Below, in pieces: positions 1 through 8,902 of a stretch of DNA of 55,743 nt (position 1 is its first letter; each line of letters opens with the position of its first letter). The position numbers were made by a program, and so were the translations under genes. The stretch is from the NCBI GenBank assembly GCA_036556125.1, contig DATBJZ010000007.1:1-55743 (forward strand). The letters run 5' to 3'. The notes under the pieces are model-generated. The model had not been told where the DNA came from. It did no database searches and saw only the letters and a program-made list of their open reading frames with translations. Source of the DNA: Gemmatimonadota bacterium. GTDB lineage: Bacteria; Gemmatimonadota; Gemmatimonadetes; JACCXV01.

Positions 1-1515
1 TCCTCGGTCCTGCGGATCTTCAAGCAGGGCCCGGCGACCGTTTCGCTGGGTGACCTGGTCGAGTACACGGTCACCGTCGTCAACGACGGCGAGGACCGCT
101 CGACCGACGTGATCATCGCCGACACGCTGCCGATCCTGGACGAGCCCGAGGACGGGATCCCCGGTGACCGCAACGGGAACCAGGCGTTCTCGTACGTCAC
201 CGACGACCCGACCTTCGATCCGGCCGGGATCCGCTACTACATCGACGTGGGCGACGACGAGCCCGGCACGACGACCGACGTCTGCCTCGAGGCGCCGACG
301 CCCCTTCCGGTGGCGTTCCCGACGCCGGCCCTGTGCCCCGCGGTGCTGCCGTTCGCGACCATCGCGGACGCGCGCGCAGCGGCCGAGGACGCGTCACAGA
401 CCAGCGGCGACCAGGTGGTCATCGTCGAGTACTACGACGTCGACATCCTGGCCCGGACGGATCCGGGCGGGCCGATCGAGGCCGAGGACTCGTTCGAGAT
501 CACGGTGGAAGCCATCCACTCGGTGAACGAGTTCGGCCCGCCGATTCCGGCGCGGGAGGACGAGAACGGCGAGTGGTGCAACATCGCAACCGTCACGTCG
601 GCTGAGAACGACTTCGCGGCGGACTCGGTCTGCACGCGGGTCGTCGAGGCGCTGCTCGAGGTCCGCAAGACCGCGACGGACGCGCTCGTGCCGGCCGGCG
701 GTGAGACGTCGTTCACGGTGGAGATCGCGAACAACGGGTCGGAGGACCTCGTCAACCTGACGGTCGCCGACACCCTGGACGCGGCCTTCCTGGGCCTCAA
801 CGACACGGTCAATCAGCCCGGACTCGTGCTGGTCGACTTCGCGGGCGCGGACTGCCCGGATGAGGCCACGTGTCCGTTCACGGTCGATACGACGGACGCC
901 GGCCAGACGGTGATCACGTTCACCGTTCCGTCGGTGCCGCCGACCGACGACAACGGCAACGGCGTCTTCGACGACGACGAGGGCTTCCTCGTTGCGACGA
1001 TCCAGGTGCGGACCCCGCTCGCGGGCGGCACGTTCTGCAACCGCGTGACGGTGTCCGACGAGGACGGCCGCAGCGACACCGACCTCGCCTGCGTGGTCAC
1101 GCAGGTGGAGATCGAGTTCGACATCACGAACGAGGACGGTATCATCAACCCGAGCGGCGACTTCGAGAACGTCGAGACGTTCGAGGTGGGTGACACCATC
1201 CAGTACAGGACGACGATCACCAACCGGTCGGACGTGGCAGCCACGAACGTCCAGGTGCTGTGGGAGATCGCGCCGGACAGCGGGATCATCGAGTTCCTCG
1301 AGATCACGCTTGAGGACCCGGCCGACATCAGCTGCAGCACGACGACCGACACGTGCTCGGTCACCGTCGCCAGCCTGGCGCCGGATGAGTCGATCGCGTT
1401 GAACTACAACACGCTGGCCAACTTCACCGGCAACGACGTGAACCGGATCACGCTCGAGGCCAACGAGCTGAGCCTGCCGGTGGTGAACGAGGAGCCGACG
1501 ACGGTCAACCCGTAA
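1..1515 (+). CDS. DUF11-type (conserved repeat domain) surface protein; 5' end lies outside the window
   Basis: Frame 1 is open from nt 1 (SSVLRIFKQGPATVSLGDLVEYTVTVVNDGEDRSTDVIIADTLP) and runs into ORF 109..1515. DUF11-like motifs recur (GGETSFTVEIANNGSEDLVNLTVADTLD; GDTIQYRTTITNRSDVAATNVQVLWEI). Acidic, Thr/Asp-rich composition. A GC hairpin follows the stop. Confidence 0.7.
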   Translation, partial: SSVLRIFKQGPATVSLGDLVEYTVTVVNDGEDRSTDVIIADTLPILDEPEDGIPGDRNGNQAFSYVTDDPTFDPAGIRYYIDVGDDEPGTTTDVCLEAPTPLPVAFPTPALCPAVLPFATIADARAAAEDASQTSGDQVVIVEYYDVDILARTDPGGPIEAEDSFEITVEAIHSVNEFGPPIPAREDENGEWCNIATVTSAENDFAADSVCTRVVEALLEVRKTATDALVPAGGETSFTVEIANNGSEDLVNLTVADTLDAAFLGLNDTVNQPGLVLVDFAGADCPDEATCPFTVDTTDAGQTVITFTVPSVPPTDDNGNGVFDDDEGFLVATIQVRTPLAGGTFCNRVTVSDEDGRSDTDLACVVTQVEIEFDITNEDGIINPSGDFENVETFEVGDTIQYRTTITNRSDVAATNVQVLWEIAPDSGIIEFLEITLEDPADISCSTTTDTCSVTVASLAPDESIALNYNTLANFTGNDVNRITLEANELSLPVVNEEPTTVNP

Positions 1516-1529
1516 CGGCTCGACGGGCG

Positions 1530-1555
1530 CGCGGGGCCCCTTCGGGGGCCCCGCG
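1530..1555 (+). terminator. GC-rich hairpin, terminator-like
   Basis: CGCGGGGCCCC-ttcg-GGGGCCCCGCG: perfect 11-bp stem with TTCG loop, 15 nt after the stop. No U-tract. Confidence 0.45.
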
Positions 1556-1612
1556 TCGTCCCGGGTTCGCTCGCTCGGAACGGACCGTTCAGAACCCACT
1601 GGAGGTGCTCAC

Positions 1613-2851
1613 ATGAAAAGGCTCGCAACAGCCTGTACCCTCGCGGGCTTGCTCCTGAGCATCCCCGTCATGGGTCAGGGCCAGACGCGTGATCGGAGTT
1701 TCGAGATCACGCCGTTCGGCGGATTCACGATCTACGACAAGGACGTCGTGTTCATGGAGGGCGGCCCGAACTTCGGGGGCCGCCTGGCGTACTTCCCGAC
1801 CCGCAACATCGGGGTCGAGGGCACGATCGGATTCAGCCCCGGCAACGGCCTCGACGAGGAGGAGCTCGAGAACGCGGGCGTGGACCCGTCCGACTTCGGG
1901 GATCCCGAGATCGACGTGTGGGAGATCCGGATCGACGGCGTCTACCAGTTCAGCTGGCGCCCCGAGCAGCGCTTCATTCCGTACGTCGCGGCCGGCGTGG
2001 GGAACCTGGTCTTCGACAGCGATCAGGAGGATCCGGGCGAGGACATCGAGGATCTGAACGAGCCCCAGCTCGCGGTGAACGCGGGCGGCGGCTTCAAGAT
2101 CTTCTTCGGTCCGTCCATCGCGCTGCGGCTGGACGCGCGCAACGTGATCGCCCAGGTCGAGCGCGGCTTCACGCGCGACGACCTGCCGCCGGGCCAGAAC
2201 ACCAAGACCTTCCACGCGGACAACCTCGAGCTCACGGGCGGCCTGACCTTCACCCTCGGCGGAACCGCCGAGGAGGAGGTGCGGGACTCCGACCGTGACG
2301 GCGTGCCCGATGCCGACGACCTCTGCCCGAACACGCCTCCGGGCGTGATCGTGGACGAGACCGGCTGCCCGGTGGACTCGGACGGCGACGGCGTGCCCGA
2401 CGGCGTCGACGCCTGCCCGAACACCCCGCGGGGCGCGTCCGTGGACGAGCGCGGCTGCCCGACCGACTCGGACAACGACGGCGTGCCCGACGGGCAGGAC
2501 CAGTGCCCGAACACGCCGGCCGGAACCCAGGTCGACCAGAACGGGTGCCCGATCCAGCCCGAGGAGCCGGAACGGACCGACTGCCTCGGCAGCCAGTCCT
2601 GGTACACGAACAACGAGGCGATCAACTTCGACGGCAGGAACTGGCTCCAGTTCGGGGACGTCCAGACGGCCCCGATGGACCAGCTCGAGCGCGTGGGCGA
2701 CTACCAGGGCGTGCCCGTGTACGCCCGGTCCGGCGCCCGCCGCCCGTACCGCGAGGTCTGGCTCCCGCTCTGCGAGGGCCAGGACCGCTACCAGCCCTAC
2801 CGGCTGGAGAGCGAGGTGCGCGGCACGCTCGGGACGCTGAAGGCGAAGTAG
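1613..2851 (+). CDS. Outer-membrane beta-barrel protein with thrombospondin type-3 (TSP3) Ca-binding repeats and a non-OmpA C-terminal domain
   Basis: Signal peptide MKRLATACTLAGLLLSIPVMGQG. N-terminal alternating aromatic/Gly barrel-like region (FEITPFGGFTIYD.., LAVNAGGGFKIFF). Three tandem repeats of D-x-D-x-DGVPD..CPNTP..G..VD..GCP. RBS GGAGG lies 7 nt upstream of the ATG. Confidence 0.8.
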   Translation: MKRLATACTLAGLLLSIPVMGQGQTRDRSFEITPFGGFTIYDKDVVFMEGGPNFGGRLAYFPTRNIGVEGTIGFSPGNGLDEEELENAGVDPSDFGDPEIDVWEIRIDGVYQFSWRPEQRFIPYVAAGVGNLVFDSDQEDPGEDIEDLNEPQLAVNAGGGFKIFFGPSIALRLDARNVIAQVERGFTRDDLPPGQNTKTFHADNLELTGGLTFTLGGTAEEEVRDSDRDGVPDADDLCPNTPPGVIVDETGCPVDSDGDGVPDGVDACPNTPRGASVDERGCPTDSDNDGVPDGQDQCPNTPAGTQVDQNGCPIQPEEPERTDCLGSQSWYTNNEAINFDGRNWLQFGDVQTAPMDQLERVGDYQGVPVYARSGARRPYREVWLPLCEGQDRYQPYRLESEVRGTLGTLKAK

Positions 2852-2896
2852 CGCCTCGCCGCACGAGGTGGGCGGCGCGAGCCGCCCCCACGACGA

Positions 2897-2924
2897 GAAG
2901 GGCCCCGCTCCGGCGGGGCCCTTC
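2897..2924 (+). terminator. GC-rich hairpin, terminator-like
   Basis: GAAGGGCCCCGC-tccg-GCGGGGCCCTTC: perfect 12-bp stem. It can extend to ACGACGA../..TCGTCGT (2891..2929) with one bulge. Confidence 0.45.
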
Positions 2925-3167
2925 GTCGTTCAGCGTCCGCTCCACGGTGTCACGGCGCGGGAGGCGCCCGGCTCCTCACGGCTCCTTCCCCCTCAGCCCG
3001 CGGACCGCGGCGTGCGAGGATTTCTCGCGGCGTGAGGCGGCAAACGCGGGCGCACGACGGGCCTCGTCGGCGAGGGCCTTGCCACGCAACGGTTTGTGCC
3101 CCGGTTGCGCATTGGCCCGGGCGTTGCTAATCCTGCCCGCCGTCCGATTCCTGGCCAGTGACGCTGC

Positions 3168-4823
3168 GTGCACGCGGGCCTGGATCCCTCGTTCTCCAGG
3201 AGACAAGAGAGGCCCGTGACGCCCAGCCGCATCCCCGAACCACGCCCGCGCCGGCTGCTCGCGGCCGGCCGTTCGTTTCTCGCACTCGCCGTGGTGGCCC
3301 TCGCCGGCGCCGCCTGTTCGTCGGATTCGGGAGGCGGCCCCTCCGGACCGATCACCGCCAACGCGCGGCCGGAGTTCCTCTCCATCTCGCCGGCGTCCAG
3401 CGACGTCCAGCTCGAGACGGGCGACCTGATCGCTTTCGACGTGGCCGCCGCCGACCCCGACGGCAGCCCCGTCACGGTCGAGTTCCTCGTGGACGGCGTG
3501 CGCACCGACCTGGCGACGCACTACGACTTCCAGGCCGCGGCCGAGGGCACGCACCAGGTCACCGTGCGCATCTCCGACGGCGTCCACACCGTCAGCCACG
3601 ACTGGACCGTGCGGGTGACGCCGGACGTGCAGGTCGCGCCGACGGTCGCGGTGGAGGTGACCCCCGACTCGGGCCTCGCCCCGCTCGAGGTCGCCATCCA
3701 GGTGACGGGAGAGGACGACGATGGCGCGATCGTCCGCTGGGAGCTCGACGCCGACGGCGACGGCCGCTACGAAGTCGTGGAGGACGAGCCGCCCGCCCTC
3801 ACGACGCGCATCGACGGCGCGGGGACCCTTCGGGTGCGCGCGCGGGTCACGGACGACGAAGGACTGATCGGGCTGGCCGAACGCGTCGTGCACGTGACCG
3901 AGAACCTGCCGCCGCGCGCCGTGCTCGCTCTCTCGCCGGAGGAGGGCCTGGCGCCGCTCGACGTGCACGTTCGGGGCGTCGGCGAGGATCCGGAGGGCGC
4001 GATCGCGCTCCACGAGCTCGACCTGGACGGCGACGGCGTGTTCGACCTCGCGCAGCCCGCGCCGATCGACACCGTCCTCGTGTACGCCGACTACTCGCGT
4101 GCGGTGCCGGTCACGCTGCGGGTGACCGATGTCGCCGGGCACTCCGCCGAGGCCGTGCGCGAGGTGCGAGTGCGGCCCGACGTCGATCCGGTCGGGTCTC
4201 GCCTGTGGCAGTCGGAATCGGGTCGCCTGCTGGCCGACGGCCGGACGGCGCGCGAGCTCACGGTCGAAGTCCGGGACCGCGCCGGACGGGCCCTGAAGGA
4301 CGTGGAGGTCGAGCTCACCTCGAGTCGCAACGCGGGCTCGGCCGTGGACCGCATCGAGCCCTCGCGGGGACGGACGGACGACGCGGGGCGGCTTCGGGCG
4401 GCCTTCACCACCACGTCCAGCTCGTCCCTTCTGGGAGACGCGCTCGTTCGGGCCCACGCCGCGGGAACGACGATCGACGAGGGCGTCACGATCCAGTTCG
4501 CCTCGGCGGTGGACGCCATCCTGACGTCGATCAGCTGTCCGGCCCGCGCCGTCCACGTCGCGGGCTCCGCGGAGGAGCCCCGGGGGGCGACGCTCACCGC
4601 GACGGTCCGGGATGCCGCCGGACAGGCGCTCCCGGACGTTCACGTCGAGTTCAAGACCCGCGACACCGCGGTCTGGAGGGTGGATCCGCCGTTCGGCAGG
4701 TCGGACGCGGCAGGCGCCTTCCGCGCCTCCATTGCGTCCGACGTCCCCGGCAATACGTTCGTCGACGTGTACGCCGACGGCCTGAGGACGTCGGCGGTGT
4801 GCGTTCTCGTCTTCCTGCCGTAG
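3168..4823 (+). CDS. Lipoprotein with Ig-like/PKD repeats and two Big_1-like (invasin-type) C-terminal domains
   Basis: Lipobox LAGAAC after RRLLAAGRSFLALAVVA. PKD-like units (VTPDSGLAPLEVAIQVTGEDDDGAIVRWELDADGDG..; LSPEEGLAPLDVHVRGVGEDPEGAIALHELDLDGDG..). The C-terminal half is paralogous to the next gene. Start is uncertain; in-frame GTG 3216 is an alternative. Confidence 0.75.
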   Translation: MHAGLDPSFSRRQERPVTPSRIPEPRPRRLLAAGRSFLALAVVALAGAACSSDSGGGPSGPITANARPEFLSISPASSDVQLETGDLIAFDVAAADPDGSPVTVEFLVDGVRTDLATHYDFQAAAEGTHQVTVRISDGVHTVSHDWTVRVTPDVQVAPTVAVEVTPDSGLAPLEVAIQVTGEDDDGAIVRWELDADGDGRYEVVEDEPPALTTRIDGAGTLRVRARVTDDEGLIGLAERVVHVTENLPPRAVLALSPEEGLAPLDVHVRGVGEDPEGAIALHELDLDGDGVFDLAQPAPIDTVLVYADYSRAVPVTLRVTDVAGHSAEAVREVRVRPDVDPVGSRLWQSESGRLLADGRTARELTVEVRDRAGRALKDVEVELTSSRNAGSAVDRIEPSRGRTDDAGRLRAAFTTTSSSSLLGDALVRAHAAGTTIDEGVTIQFASAVDAILTSISCPARAVHVAGSAEEPRGATLTATVRDAAGQALPDVHVEFKTRDTAVWRVDPPFGRSDAAGAFRASIASDVPGNTFVDVYADGLRTSAVCVLVFLP

Positions 4824-4827
4824 CTCG

Positions 4828-4860
4828 GGCGCGGCGCGTTTCTCCGGCTCGCGCCGCGCC
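4828..4860 (+). terminator. GC-rich hairpin, terminator-like
   Basis: GGCGCGGCGCG-(11 nt loop)-CGCGCCGCGCC: perfect 11-bp stem starting 5 nt after the stop. Confidence 0.35.
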
Positions 4861-4890
4861 GGCGTTCAGCACTCCTGGGGGGAAGTCCCG

Positions 4891-6231
4891 ATGTCCAGTC
4901 GGTTCGGTCGAACGCCGCTCCCGGTCGAGGCGATTCTCCTCGTCCTGCTCGTCTCGGCCTGCTCCGGGAGCAGCGGCCCGGAACCCACGGGCCTCCTGCG
5001 GGTCACGGCGGCCGACCTGGACGGCGCGTCCGGCGCCCTGGCGCCGTCCGGATTCGAGGTCGCCGACGTCTCGTCGTTCCGGATCCAGCTGAACCGCGGC
5101 CCGACGATCGTCGTGGACAGCACCTTCGTCCGCTCGGGCGGGCTGACGCAGGAGTTCGAGCTGCGTCCGGACACCTACGTCGTGCTCGTCGAGGCCTTCC
5201 AGGGCGACGGCGTGCTCCTGTTCACCGGAGTCGGACAGACCGCGCTGCTGGCGGACGACACGACGGACGTCGCCGTCGACCTCGATCCCTCGCTCGGCGA
5301 CGTGGAGGTCGCGATCGGCGATGGGGGCGCCGTCGTCGTGCCGACCAACGGCACGGCGCCGATCCGCGTCACGGTGCGGAACTCGAGAGGGCAGCCGGTG
5401 GCCGGTGCACGGCTGGGGTTCTCGGTCGTTCCTTCCCAGGCCGCGGACGTGAGGTTCTCGGGCGCTCCGGAGACCGGCCCGGAAGGGACGTTCCAGGCCG
5501 TCCTGGATCCCGCGGGCTTCGAGGGTCAGGCGGAGCTCCGACTCACGGTGGACGGCATCGCCGCGGAGCTCGACGCGGCGACGTTCTCGATCGTGAGCCC
5601 CGTCGACGTCCAGCTCTCGGAGGTGCGGGTGAGCAACGGCGTCCGGTTGTCCGCGGACGGGCTGAGCGCCGCCGGCATCGAGGTGACCGTCGTCGACGCC
5701 CAGGGGGCCCCGCTCGCCGGCATCCCCGTGGTCGTCCAGTCGAGCCGGAACACACCGGGGAACCTGCTTGACCGGATCCAGCTCGAGCGATCGGAGACCG
5801 ACGCCGCCGGCCGGGTCGAGGCCGCACTCCGGACGTCGTCGAGCTCGTCCCTCGCGGGCGATGCCACGATCCGCGTGTTCGCGGACGGGAAGCAGCTCGC
5901 CGACACGGGACTCGTGACTTTCCGCTCCATCGTGGACGCCGTCGGCACGCGCGTCCTCATCACCCCCACGACGCTGGAGGCGAACGGGATCGAAGCTGCG
6001 GACGTGCTCGTGGAGGTCAGCGCCCTCGACGGCGGACCGGCCTCCGACGTGCTCGTGCAGCTCGCGACGAAGGACGACTCGCTCTTTCGGATCCAGCCGT
6101 CGTCGACGCGTTCGAACGCGCAAGGCGAAGCCAGGTTCAGGATCTCGTCGACCGTGGCGACGGGGACGTTCGTCGACGTCATCGCCGACGGGTTGCGGAC
6201 GACTGCGACGGGGTTCGTGCTGTTCAATTAG
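4891..6231 (+). CDS. Lipoprotein with Big_1-like (bacterial Ig) domains; paralog of 3168..4823
   Basis: Lipobox LLVSAC. Repeated segments of the type VTVRNSRGQPVAGARLGFSV.. and VVDAQGAPLAGIPVVVQSSRN..TDAAGRVEAALRTSSSSSLAGDATIRVFADG. The C-terminus (TFVDVIADGLRTTATGFVLFN) mirrors TFVDVYADGLRTSAVCVLVFLP of the upstream gene. Confidence 0.75.
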   Translation: MSSRFGRTPLPVEAILLVLLVSACSGSSGPEPTGLLRVTAADLDGASGALAPSGFEVADVSSFRIQLNRGPTIVVDSTFVRSGGLTQEFELRPDTYVVLVEAFQGDGVLLFTGVGQTALLADDTTDVAVDLDPSLGDVEVAIGDGGAVVVPTNGTAPIRVTVRNSRGQPVAGARLGFSVVPSQAADVRFSGAPETGPEGTFQAVLDPAGFEGQAELRLTVDGIAAELDAATFSIVSPVDVQLSEVRVSNGVRLSADGLSAAGIEVTVVDAQGAPLAGIPVVVQSSRNTPGNLLDRIQLERSETDAAGRVEAALRTSSSSSLAGDATIRVFADGKQLADTGLVTFRSIVDAVGTRVLITPTTLEANGIEAADVLVEVSALDGGPASDVLVQLATKDDSLFRIQPSSTRSNAQGEARFRISSTVATGTFVDVIADGLRTTATGFVLFN

Positions 6232-6256
6232 CTGGAATGGCGGGTTCCGCGGGGCG

Positions 6257-6501
6257 GCGGGGTCGGTCCTCCGGCGGAGCCGGAAGGACCGACATCGGGA
6301 TCTCCGCAGCGTCCCACGACGACAGCCGGCGGGGTCGGTCCTCCGGCGGAGCCGGAAGGACCGACGTCGGGATCTCCGCTCATTCCCACGAGTGCTGCCG
6401 GGGTCGGTCCTCGGGCACAGCCCTCGGACCGACGTCGGGATCTCCGCTCCTTCCCACGAGTCCTCGGGCGCAGCCCTCGGACCGACAGCGGGACCCGCTC
6501 C
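6257..6501. repeat. Tandem repeat, about 3.5 copies of a 69-72-bp unit; each unit holds an imperfect GC hairpin plus a conserved tail
   Basis: The core GTCGGTCC begins at 6262, 6334 and 6403. Units 1-2 read GGGGTCGGTCCTCCGGCGGAGCCGGAAGGACCGAC(A/G)TCGGGATCTCCGC..TCCCACGA. Unit 3 and partial unit 4 carry a variant upper stem (..TCCTCGGGC(a/g)CAGCCCTCGGACCGAC..). The region lies between the 6231 stop and the priA start. Confidence 0.85.
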
Positions 6502-6535
6502 GTCCGACGCGACCGCTCCTCTCCCGTATGAACGC

Positions 6536-8842
6536 GTGACGTTCGTCACCGTCGCCTTCCCCGTCCCCCTGCATCGCGAGTTCACCTACGCGCTCGCGGC
6601 GGACCAGCCGGTGCCGCCGCCGGGGACGCGCGTCCGCGCCGCGTTCGGGCGACGCCGGGCGGTCGGGTTCGTGACCGGCGCAGCCGCGACCCCGCCGCCG
6701 GGGGTGGAGCCGCACCCCCTGGGCGGGGTGCTGGACGCCGAGCCCTCGTTTTCTCCGCCCCTGTGGGAGCTGGCGCGGTGGGTGGCCGTCTACTACGCGG
6801 CGCCGCTCGGGCTCGTCCTCAAGGCGATGCTCCCCCCCGCGCTCCTCCGGGTGCGCCGCGGGCGGCCGGAGGCGGCCCTGCGGGCGCTCGCCGCCCCGAC
6901 GCGGACGTTCGTCGAGGCGGTGGCGGACGCCCCTCCGCCCGAGCTCGCCCGCCGCACGCCCGCCCGGGCCCGCGCCCTCGCGGCGCTGCTCGAGCGAGGC
7001 GCGCCGGTGGACGCCCTCGTCTTCCGCGAGGAGAGCGGGACGCGGGCGCCGGTGCTCGCCGATCTCGCGCGCGCGGGGCTCGTCCGGTTCGTGGATCGTC
7101 CCGTGGCCGGGCCCCGGCCGGAGGGCGCCGCGCCGCGGGGCGAGGCCGCCCATCCGCTGACGCCGGATCAGGAACGGGCGCTGGAGGCGATCCGCTCGGC
7201 CGCGGGACGCTCCCGCGGGTTCGGGGACGGATCGTCCCCCGGCAACGGCGATCGGGGGCACGGCCGCCCGGTCCTGCTGCACGGCGTCACCGGAAGCGGG
7301 AAGACGCTGGTCTACCTCCGCCTCGTCGAGGAGGCCGTGCGCGCCGGGGGCACGGCGATCGTGCTCGTCCCGGAGATCGGGCTCACGCCGCGGACCGCGG
7401 CGCGCTTCGAGGAGGCCTTCGCCGGCCGGGTCGCCGTGCTCCACAGCGCGCTCTCGGAGGGCGAGCGCCTCGAGGCCTGGCGCGCGATGCGCGAGGGCGA
7501 GATCGCCGTCGTCGTGGGCGCCCGGTCGGCGGTCTTCGCGCCGCTCCGCGACGTGCGAGTGGTCGTCGTCGACGAGGAGCACGAGTCCGGCTACAAGCAG
7601 GACGAGGCGCCGCGCTATCACGCCCGCGACGTTGCGCTCGTGCGGGCGAGGCTCGAGGGTGCGCTCGCGATGCTGGGATCCGCCACGCCGTCGCTCGAGA
7701 GCTACGCCAACGCGCAGGCGGGGAAGCTCGCGCTGGTGGAGATGCCGCGCAGGGTCGCCGACCGCGCGCTTCCCGCCGTCGAGATCGTGGACCTGAGGGG
7801 CCGCCCGCCCGAAGAGCGCATCCTCTCGAGGCCCCTGCGCGACGCGGTCGCCGGCGCGCTCGGCGCCGGGCGCCAGGCCCTGCTCCTCCTCAATCGCCGC
7901 GGGTTCTCGGCCTACCTGCAGTGCGTGGACTGCGGCGCGACGGCCGGCTGCCCGCACTGCCGCATCACGCTCACGCTGCACCGGCCGCGCGGCGGAGCGG
8001 CGGCGGCCGCGGAGCTTCGCTGTCACTACTGCGACCATCGCGAGCCGGCGCCGGACCTGTGCCCGGACTGCGGCGGCCTGGCGCTCGAGGGGCGTGGTCT
8101 CGGAACGCAGCAGGTCGAGGACGCCGCCCGCGCCGCCTTCCCGGGCGCGCGGATCGCACGGATGGATCACGACACGACGGGGAGGAAGGGCGCCCACCGC
8201 CGGCTCGTCGAGGCGATGGAGCGGGTCGAGCTGGACGTCCTGGTCGGCACCCAGATGATCGCGAAGGGGCACGACTTCCCGGGTCTCGACGTCGTCGGCG
8301 TGATCTCCGCGGACACGGGCCTGAACGTGCCCGACTTCCGCTCGGCGGAGCGGACCTTCCAGCTGCTTGCGCAGGTCGCCGGCCGTCCCGGTCGCGGTCC
8401 GGCGCCGGGCCGCGTGCTGATCCAGACCTACGTGCCCGGGCATCCGGCGATCGCCGCCGCCGCGGCGCACGACTACCGCGCGTTCCATCTCGGCGAGGTC
8501 GTCCAGAGGTTCGAGGCCGGCTACCCGCCGGCCGTCCGGCTGGCGGAGTGCGTCCTGTCCGGCGAGGACGAAGCGGCGGTCGCGGACGCCGCGCGGTCGC
8601 TCGCCCGTGACGTGGAGAGCCTCGTCGCCGCCCGGCGTCTGGCCGAGGGCGAGCGCCTGATCGGCGTCGGCCCCTCATCCGCCCCGCTGGCGCGCCTTCG
8701 CGGCCGCTGGCGGTGGCACTACCTTCTCAAGTCCACGAGCCCGCCCGTGCTGGACGCGGTGCTCGGGCGCCTCGCCACGCGCTGGCGGCCGCCGAAGGGC
8801 GTCACGCTCATCATCGACCGCGATCCGGCGAGCCTCCTCTGA
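6536..8842 (+). CDS. priA: Primosomal protein N' (replication-restart helicase PriA)
   Basis: Walker A LLHGVTGSGKTLVYL. DEAH-like VVVDEEHESGYKQ. Zinc-binding Cys cluster CVDCGATAGCPHCRITLTLH...LRCHYCDHREPAPDLCPDCGG. Start set at in-frame GTG 6536 (VTFVTVAFPVPLHREFTYAL) because the 6392..6535 part of the ORF lies in the non-coding tandem repeat. Confidence 0.9.
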   Translation: MTFVTVAFPVPLHREFTYALAADQPVPPPGTRVRAAFGRRRAVGFVTGAAATPPPGVEPHPLGGVLDAEPSFSPPLWELARWVAVYYAAPLGLVLKAMLPPALLRVRRGRPEAALRALAAPTRTFVEAVADAPPPELARRTPARARALAALLERGAPVDALVFREESGTRAPVLADLARAGLVRFVDRPVAGPRPEGAAPRGEAAHPLTPDQERALEAIRSAAGRSRGFGDGSSPGNGDRGHGRPVLLHGVTGSGKTLVYLRLVEEAVRAGGTAIVLVPEIGLTPRTAARFEEAFAGRVAVLHSALSEGERLEAWRAMREGEIAVVVGARSAVFAPLRDVRVVVVDEEHESGYKQDEAPRYHARDVALVRARLEGALAMLGSATPSLESYANAQAGKLALVEMPRRVADRALPAVEIVDLRGRPPEERILSRPLRDAVAGALGAGRQALLLLNRRGFSAYLQCVDCGATAGCPHCRITLTLHRPRGGAAAAAELRCHYCDHREPAPDLCPDCGGLALEGRGLGTQQVEDAARAAFPGARIARMDHDTTGRKGAHRRLVEAMERVELDVLVGTQMIAKGHDFPGLDVVGVISADTGLNVPDFRSAERTFQLLAQVAGRPGRGPAPGRVLIQTYVPGHPAIAAAAAHDYRAFHLGEVVQRFEAGYPPAVRLAECVLSGEDEAAVADAARSLARDVESLVAARRLAEGERLIGVGPSSAPLARLRGRWRWHYLLKSTSPPVLDAVLGRLATRWRPPKGVTLIIDRDPASLL

Positions 8843-8902
8843 CGCCGGCCTCACGAGCCGGGGCGCCCGGCTCGCGCCCCCATCCTCACCCCCAGAGGGC
8901 CG

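Noticed and set aside
6257-6501. CRISPR array, considered because the repeat period is about 70 bp
   Set aside because: The whole 69-72-bp unit is conserved, including the part that would be spacer. There are therefore no unique spacers, only 3.5 copies are present, and no cas genes lie in the window.
6237-6539. 100-aa ORF, and the 6392-start extension of priA, across the tandem repeat
   Set aside because: The repeat copies are conserved at nucleotide level, but a 1-nt indel changes the frame between copies (TDVGISA versus PTSGSPL). This indicates non-coding DNA. priA has a good in-frame GTG at 6536.
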